64,000 nucleotides of DNA from an uncultured Gammaproteobacteria bacterium (lineage in GTDB: Bacteria; Patescibacteriota; Patescibacteriia; S139-126): assembly GCA_964620905.1 (NCBI GenBank), contig CAZUKA010000001.1:583646-647645 (forward strand), in the 5' to 3' direction. Below the pieces are notes generated by a model. It worked only from the letters and a program-made list of their open reading frames with translations, was not told where the DNA came from and did no database searches. The position numbers were made by a program, and so were the translations under genes. Below are positions 58,755 to 64,000 of this stretch, one piece after another; the stretch's first letter is position 1, and each line of letters opens with the position of its first letter.

Positions 58755-60584
58755 ATGAATAAATTTAGCCAAACTTTAGAAAAAAAATACACACTCCTTA
58801 TCGGCTTAATCGCTTATATACTAATCCTCACTGCTGTTTGCTGGTATAAATATTTTGTATTTGGTTACAATGCCTTGGATTTGGCAATCTACAATAATGT
58901 TTTTTTCAATGCCATAAATAACAATGGCTGGTGGTCAAGTATTCAAGGGCATCACTATTTTGCTGATCACTTTGAACCCTGGCTGTATTTTTTTCTGCCA
59001 CTGTATTGGCTGTGGCCATCACCACTCAATTTACTGCTTTGGCAAAGCACTATCTTAGCTTGTATCTCAATACCGATATACCTAATTGCCAAACATATTT
59101 TCAATCAAAAATTGGCTATTGCTGTGGCCTTAGTCTGGCTAATAAATCCTTTGGCTTGGAATATAAATTTGCATGAATGGCACTTGTTGCCACTGGCAAT
59201 TCCTTTATTGCTTGGCGCATATTATTTTTATTTGCAAAATCAATTTAAATACTATTTAATCTTTTTGGCTTTGGCGCTGCTAGTTAGAGAGGACGTGGCT
59301 ATTGCTGTGGGCGGATTTTTTTTGCTGGGACTAATAGAAAAAAAATCTTTACGTTGGTGGCTGACACCACTACTTTTGAGTACAACATATTTTTTACTTA
59401 GCAATATTATAATAGGTTATTTCCAGGCTGGCGGTTCACGTTTTAGTGTATATTATGAATGGTTGCTGTCGGCAAAAGTTACTGATCTTATCTGGCATAT
59501 TTACTCCTTTGGTAATGTGGAAATGATTCTGGGACTGCTTATTGCTTTTTTGTTTTTACCACTGCTGGCTAGCAGATATCTGTTTTTGGCTGTGGGGGTA
59601 TTTTTACAGTTTGTTTTGGGTGAACCAGGTGGTAGTAATATTATCATTGATACACACTATTCGTCTTTATTTTTGCCAGCACTAATCATTAGTTCTTTAT
59701 GGGGTTTGAAAAATATCCAAAGTAAAAATAGTACTTTATCTAAGTGGTTGTATTTTGATACCAGTTTAACCAAGCTGATAACTGGGGTATGTCTTGTCTA
59801 TTTACTACTTTTTTTGGGTCCAGGTTGGGGAATTATAAAAAACATTTATCAGCCAAGCAATGATCATTGGCCCAATCGTTTACTCCATGATATTCCTCCC
59901 GGTGCTACTGTTGCGGCTGGTTATAAATATTTACCAAAACTTGCTGGTCGAGAAAAATTATATTCTTTGCATTATATTTTTACTGGCCACCAACAATTTT
60001 CCTCCGAAGTTTATAAATATGAACAGCCTGATTTTATAGTCATGGATCCTGATGATATGATTTATTATGCTTTACAATTTCCCAAATCAAAATCTTATCA
60101 TCAGTACTACCCCGAGGGCTATGACAATCTAAAAAAACTATTAGCAAACTACGAACTAAAATATTTTCACCCACAACTGCTATTTTGGCAAAAAAACCAA
60201 ACTCCAACCACTCTGGAATATGTCGCCACTTTTTCACCAATTAACCGTGAACCGCAAGAGTTGGATAAATTTATTTTGACTAGCGAAATAAAAAATGATT
60301 TGCTAGCCATCAGCTGGCAAATCAATTCAACAACTTCGGATGATTATTTTTTGCTAGCAAATTATGAAGATAATAGTTCGTATCTGCGGCCACTTTTATA
60401 TTTTACTCCCACTCAAGTCTGGCAAACGGAAAATTTCTATCAGACTTACCTGCCATTACTCCCAGGGCAAAATAGCAGTCTCCAAATCGTCACACTTCAA
60501 GGTCATATTGAAATCAACAACTGGCGCGGCACCAAGGCCAATATCACTATCCAACCGCAAAGTGACTTGATAAATTTGCCCTAA
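58755..60584 (+). CDS. large polytopic membrane protein, DUF2079-like (putative GT-C glycosyltransferase)
   Basis: 609 aa; N-terminal GYNALDLAIYNNVFFN and ADHFEPWLYF motifs, ~12 TM then soluble C-domain. Confidence 0.4.
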   Translation: MNKFSQTLEKKYTLLIGLIAYILILTAVCWYKYFVFGYNALDLAIYNNVFFNAINNNGWWSSIQGHHYFADHFEPWLYFFLPLYWLWPSPLNLLLWQSTILACISIPIYLIAKHIFNQKLAIAVALVWLINPLAWNINLHEWHLLPLAIPLLLGAYYFYLQNQFKYYLIFLALALLVREDVAIAVGGFFLLGLIEKKSLRWWLTPLLLSTTYFLLSNIIIGYFQAGGSRFSVYYEWLLSAKVTDLIWHIYSFGNVEMILGLLIAFLFLPLLASRYLFLAVGVFLQFVLGEPGGSNIIIDTHYSSLFLPALIISSLWGLKNIQSKNSTLSKWLYFDTSLTKLITGVCLVYLLLFLGPGWGIIKNIYQPSNDHWPNRLLHDIPPGATVAAGYKYLPKLAGREKLYSLHYIFTGHQQFSSEVYKYEQPDFIVMDPDDMIYYALQFPKSKSYHQYYPEGYDNLKKLLANYELKYFHPQLLFWQKNQTPTTLEYVATFSPINREPQELDKFILTSEIKNDLLAISWQINSTTSDDYFLLANYEDNSSYLRPLLYFTPTQVWQTENFYQTYLPLLPGQNSSLQIVTLQGHIEINNWRGTKANITIQPQSDLINLP

Positions 60585-62254
60585 GGCAAAACTTCATAAA
60601 TTGTTGCCTGGCCACTGACAAAAACCGGACGGAGATAATTTTTTTCTTGAGGAAGATATTTACCTAAAATTGACTCGTAAGGCGAATAAATTACATAATC
60701 AATCCCAGCTTTTTTTAGAAAAGCATGTTTGCTTTCGTCTAAATTTTTATCATTGGCAGCGTAAAACCAATTGACTAGACTAATTTTTGCATAATAAAAA
60801 AGAGTCTCATGGGCATGAGCAGCATAAACCAGTTGACCAGAGTAACTCGGTGTAAATTTGGAAGGAATATCAGCTGCCAAAACAATGCTGGCTGGTGATT
60901 TTTGTGCCAACCATTTATATCCATTTACCAAACCCTGATCTAAATAAAATATTTGGTTGGTAGCTGGTGGCCGAACAATATAATAATACATATCCCTCAC
61001 CAAATGAAAAATATTTGACATTGTAAACAACAAAACAAACAAAATCCCAAACAGAAAATTATTGGTTACAAGTGATTTCAAAAAAACTCTAGTTGATAAT
61101 TTCTGATATAACAATACTAGAGCATCAACAGTAAAAAAGACTAAAACAAAATGCAAACCTTGGGTATACCGACTACTAAATGGTGTGGGTAAAATCATTA
61201 GAGATAAAATCAACAATAACCACAAAAACATATAAATATAAATTTCTTTCATCTGTTTTTTATAAAACCGATAACCCAAGCTGTAAAGTGACCCTAGACA
61301 CAAAAAACCATAACCCAACAAAACATAAGGCCAAGGCGCTAACGGTGTAACATTTTGCAAAGCTCGTTGATAAATAACCAAATCAGCTCCAATCAACCAA
61401 ATGTGATAAATGGCCATCGGTAAAGAAAGACCAAAAAAAAGTATGAGCCAACCAACACGTCGCCAAGAAATTTTTTGCTGTTTAAAAGTCAAATAAAAAA
61501 AATAAATAATTGCCAAGCCATAAATCACTGGCAAATAATAAGGGTGAAAATTAAAATAAACCAAACTCAATAAACCAGCCAACCAAGCATAGCCCCAACG
61601 CAAAGAGTTTAACCCCAAATAAATAAACAAAGTGGTGCCAAGCATCATTAGTAAAGAAAGAATAAAGTGAGACGAGTGATAAAGTGCTGTAAAAGTGATA
61701 GCTTCGGTTATCCATAAATCAATCGGCCAACTTAGTTCCCCTCGCTGGGGGAATAATTCTAAAATTGGCGCCAAATAAGCACCAACACCGGAAGAAAAAA
61801 GTAAAAAAATTAAAGCCCAGCGCCGTTGCCGATAACTGGAAAACAAATAGCTAATAAACACATAGGCTACACCTACAAAAATCGGAATGAGAAACAAGCG
61901 GCCAATTTGGAAAATAAAAATCCAAGAAACTTTGAGCCAATGTGCCCCTAATCCCATGATTGTCCACCAAATATTGAAAACACCATACACCTGGCTTTCA
62001 GTTGTAAATAAATTTTTCAACCAAATATTTCCTGTCATTACTTGCCGGATGTAGGAATAATAAATCGGCACATCACCAGGGCTTAAAGCATGTAACCCAT
62101 TGTAAAGAGTTCCTGGTGGCGTCAACAAATAACCCAAAAAATAAGGAAAGCCAGTCAAACAAATCATAGCGAAACTAATCCACCAAACAAATTTCCATTC
62201 CTTAAAATTTATAGAAGTTTTAACTGTAAATTTGTCATCGCTTGTCATAAGCAA
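60581..62254 (-). CDS. GT-C-fold (ArnT/PMT/YfhO-like) membrane glycosyltransferase-like protein
   Basis: 557 aa; first loop SPGDVPIYYSYIRQ (D-x3-Y), many TM, soluble C-terminal domain; paralog of next gene. Confidence 0.35.
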   Translation of the reverse strand: MLMTSDDKFTVKTSINFKEWKFVWWISFAMICLTGFPYFLGYLLTPPGTLYNGLHALSPGDVPIYYSYIRQVMTGNIWLKNLFTTESQVYGVFNIWWTIMGLGAHWLKVSWIFIFQIGRLFLIPIFVGVAYVFISYLFSSYRQRRWALIFLLFSSGVGAYLAPILELFPQRGELSWPIDLWITEAITFTALYHSSHFILSLLMMLGTTLFIYLGLNSLRWGYAWLAGLLSLVYFNFHPYYLPVIYGLAIIYFFYLTFKQQKISWRRVGWLILFFGLSLPMAIYHIWLIGADLVIYQRALQNVTPLAPWPYVLLGYGFLCLGSLYSLGYRFYKKQMKEIYIYMFLWLLLILSLMILPTPFSSRYTQGLHFVLVFFTVDALVLLYQKLSTRVFLKSLVTNNFLFGILFVLLFTMSNIFHLVRDMYYYIVRPPATNQIFYLDQGLVNGYKWLAQKSPASIVLAADIPSKFTPSYSGQLVYAAHAHETLFYYAKISLVNWFYAANDKNLDESKHAFLKKAGIDYVIYSPYESILGKYLPQEKNYLRPVFVSGQATIYEVLP

Positions 62255-63890
62255 GATTTACCTGATAGATAACATAATCACCGCTGATAAAAACTGGTTG
62301 TAAATATTCTTTCGTTTGAGGTTGAAATATATTCATCTCAGGTGTTTGTTCATAAAAGATAATATAGTTGATACCAGTTTGTTGCAAAAATTCTTGTTTT
62401 TTTTCATCATGTAAATTGTTTTGAAAAAACCATTTCATTTCCATATATTTACTATGTACATACACAGTTTCAACCAGATGCCCAATATACTGACGTCGAC
62501 TGATCAAAGCTGGGGCGGTGCGAAAAAACAAATCATAGTTGGTAAAAATTATTTCATCAGCACGAGTATTTTTTTCCAACCAAGCGGCGATTTGTTTAAA
62601 TTCTTGGGGATAATAAAAAAAATAATTACTTTGGTATTTGATATAGAAATAATTCAATCCTAGAAAATTGAGATTGCTAATAAACAAAATTAGAGCCAGG
62701 GGCAACCAAACAAACCAACGCTTGATTGACCAATCTTTTATTTGGTTTTTTGCTAGATTATCAAGTTGAGCAATAAAAAAACCAACCATAATAGCCAAAG
62801 GAAACCACCAACCTTCGGCCAAGCGTCTTTGCCACAAAAAAGGCAAATAGATAAGGATGGTATTTAGTAGCGCCCAAATAACCAAAAAATTAAAATTAGG
62901 CAAATAATGATTTTTTCTTTTTGACCAAAAAAAACTTAAAATTGCTAATATAACTGCTGTACCAAAACTTAAAAAAGTAATAAACGGCTTAGGTGAAGGC
63001 AAAAAATTTTGATTGGTCTTAATACTAGTCACCCAATCTGCCTGATACAAATAAAAATAATAGCCAATACTTGGTAAAGTTGCCAAAAATATCAGGGCCA
63101 ACTGCCAGGTGCCTGACCAAAAAAAAGTTTTCTTTTGATAAGTCATAAACAACCAATAAGCTCCCAAAACAAACAAAATGGTCGGGGCGTGGAAAGGATG
63201 CAATAGTATCAGAATCGCTCCTACTATTGCCGCCGTTAAAGTATAAACATAGTTATTATGACGCAGTGCTAAAAAACCAAACACTAGGGTAATAAGCAGT
63301 AATAACCAAGATAAAATAAAATGCGGAGAGATCACCATGCTAGTAAAAGGAAAAGCATCGGGAATAAAAACATCAAAGGGAACATTGTGCCAGGCATTGT
63401 CAAACCAAAAAAAGGGTTTAGCTAAAACATATAGCCACCCTAAACCAGCTCCTAAACTAAAAATCAACAGCGAAATCAACCGATCTTTTTTTTCTCGTAA
63501 AAAATAACTGATCAACCAATAAACAAAAAAAATAAAAATTGGTATCAATACTGTCCGAGCTAGATGAAAAATTGTCTGTGGGATTAATGAAAATATTTTG
63601 GCAATTTTCCCTAGTCCTGTCCAAAAGGGATGCAAAACAGCTAAGGTACTTTCGCTAGTATAAAAATTTTTCACTAACCAACCATCTTCTATCCCCTGCC
63701 TGATATAAGAATAATAAACTGTGTTATCGCCAGGATTGATAAAAGTGGAAGCATTATAAACAAATCCCCTCGGAACATGTTGGGATAAATAATAATAAGG
63801 CCACCAGGTCAAAATTATTAGTATCAAAGAGATTATAGCCAACGACAACCACTCGCCTTTAGTCCAATTTTTTAATATTTCCCGTAACAT
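62235..63890 (-). CDS. GT-C-fold membrane glycosyltransferase-like protein (paralog)
   Basis: 551 aa; NPGDNTVYYSYIRQG...FYTSES shared with 60581..62254; 20-nt overlap between the two. Confidence 0.35.
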   Translation of the reverse strand: MLREILKNWTKGEWLSLAIISLILIILTWWPYYYLSQHVPRGFVYNASTFINPGDNTVYYSYIRQGIEDGWLVKNFYTSESTLAVLHPFWTGLGKIAKIFSLIPQTIFHLARTVLIPIFIFFVYWLISYFLREKKDRLISLLIFSLGAGLGWLYVLAKPFFWFDNAWHNVPFDVFIPDAFPFTSMVISPHFILSWLLLLITLVFGFLALRHNNYVYTLTAAIVGAILILLHPFHAPTILFVLGAYWLFMTYQKKTFFWSGTWQLALIFLATLPSIGYYFYLYQADWVTSIKTNQNFLPSPKPFITFLSFGTAVILAILSFFWSKRKNHYLPNFNFLVIWALLNTILIYLPFLWQRRLAEGWWFPLAIMVGFFIAQLDNLAKNQIKDWSIKRWFVWLPLALILFISNLNFLGLNYFYIKYQSNYFFYYPQEFKQIAAWLEKNTRADEIIFTNYDLFFRTAPALISRRQYIGHLVETVYVHSKYMEMKWFFQNNLHDEKKQEFLQQTGINYIIFYEQTPEMNIFQPQTKEYLQPVFISGDYVIYQVNLAYDKR

Positions 63891-64000
63891 TTTTCCATTT
63901 TAACTTAAACATAACCATAAAAAAATCCCAAATATCTTTTTTGGACAATTTTGACTTACCTTGCTGACGGTCATGGAAAACAACCGGCACCTCGGCTACT

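Overview
This is a low-GC bacterial chromosome segment. Its gene content and architecture suggest a small-genome organism, possibly Patescibacteria/CPR-like; that is an inference only.

The housekeeping backbone contains ruvA (partial at the window edge), uvrB, folD, a RibL-like nucleotidyltransferase–truB fusion, rpsT and holA. A minus-strand tRNA cluster (Ile-Phe-Pro-Gly) follows, then an alkyltransferase-like (ATL) protein, tRNA-Cys, lhgO, polA, gyrA, rpsA and a SpoIID/LytB protein. Further along are envelope genes (a flippase and an O-antigen-ligase-like gene), a pyruvoyl-type arginine decarboxylase, an ECF sigma/anti-sigma pair, msrBA, tRNA-Ser, an SDR reductase and galU.

An AT-rich accessory island at about 33.0–46.8 kb lies entirely on the minus strand. 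It carries two Nudix genes, an HTH–GHKL-ATPase plus STAS-like pair, and a DUF3800–NERD pair. Its core is a translationally coupled five-gene module: a PLD–SF2 helicase, a 57-aa ORF, an SMC/Rad50/DndD-like coiled-coil ABC ATPase, a 151-aa ORF and a DEDDy exonuclease. Upstream of that module are a Cas4-like Fe-S PD-(D/E)xK nuclease, a small type II restriction-modification pair, a secreted double-Kazal protein and an HTH-Fic gene with a 4x repeated operator motif.

Near the 3' end, galU and a solute-binding lipoprotein are followed by a tandem array of six paralogous two-TM VirB2/TrbC-like pilin-like genes. Two of these have Cys-rich C-terminal extensions. Three large GT-C-like polytopic membrane proteins come after the array.

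No CRISPR array, integrase, transposase or rRNA was seen. The five-gene helicase/ATPase/exonuclease module is the most likely candidate for an undescribed system.
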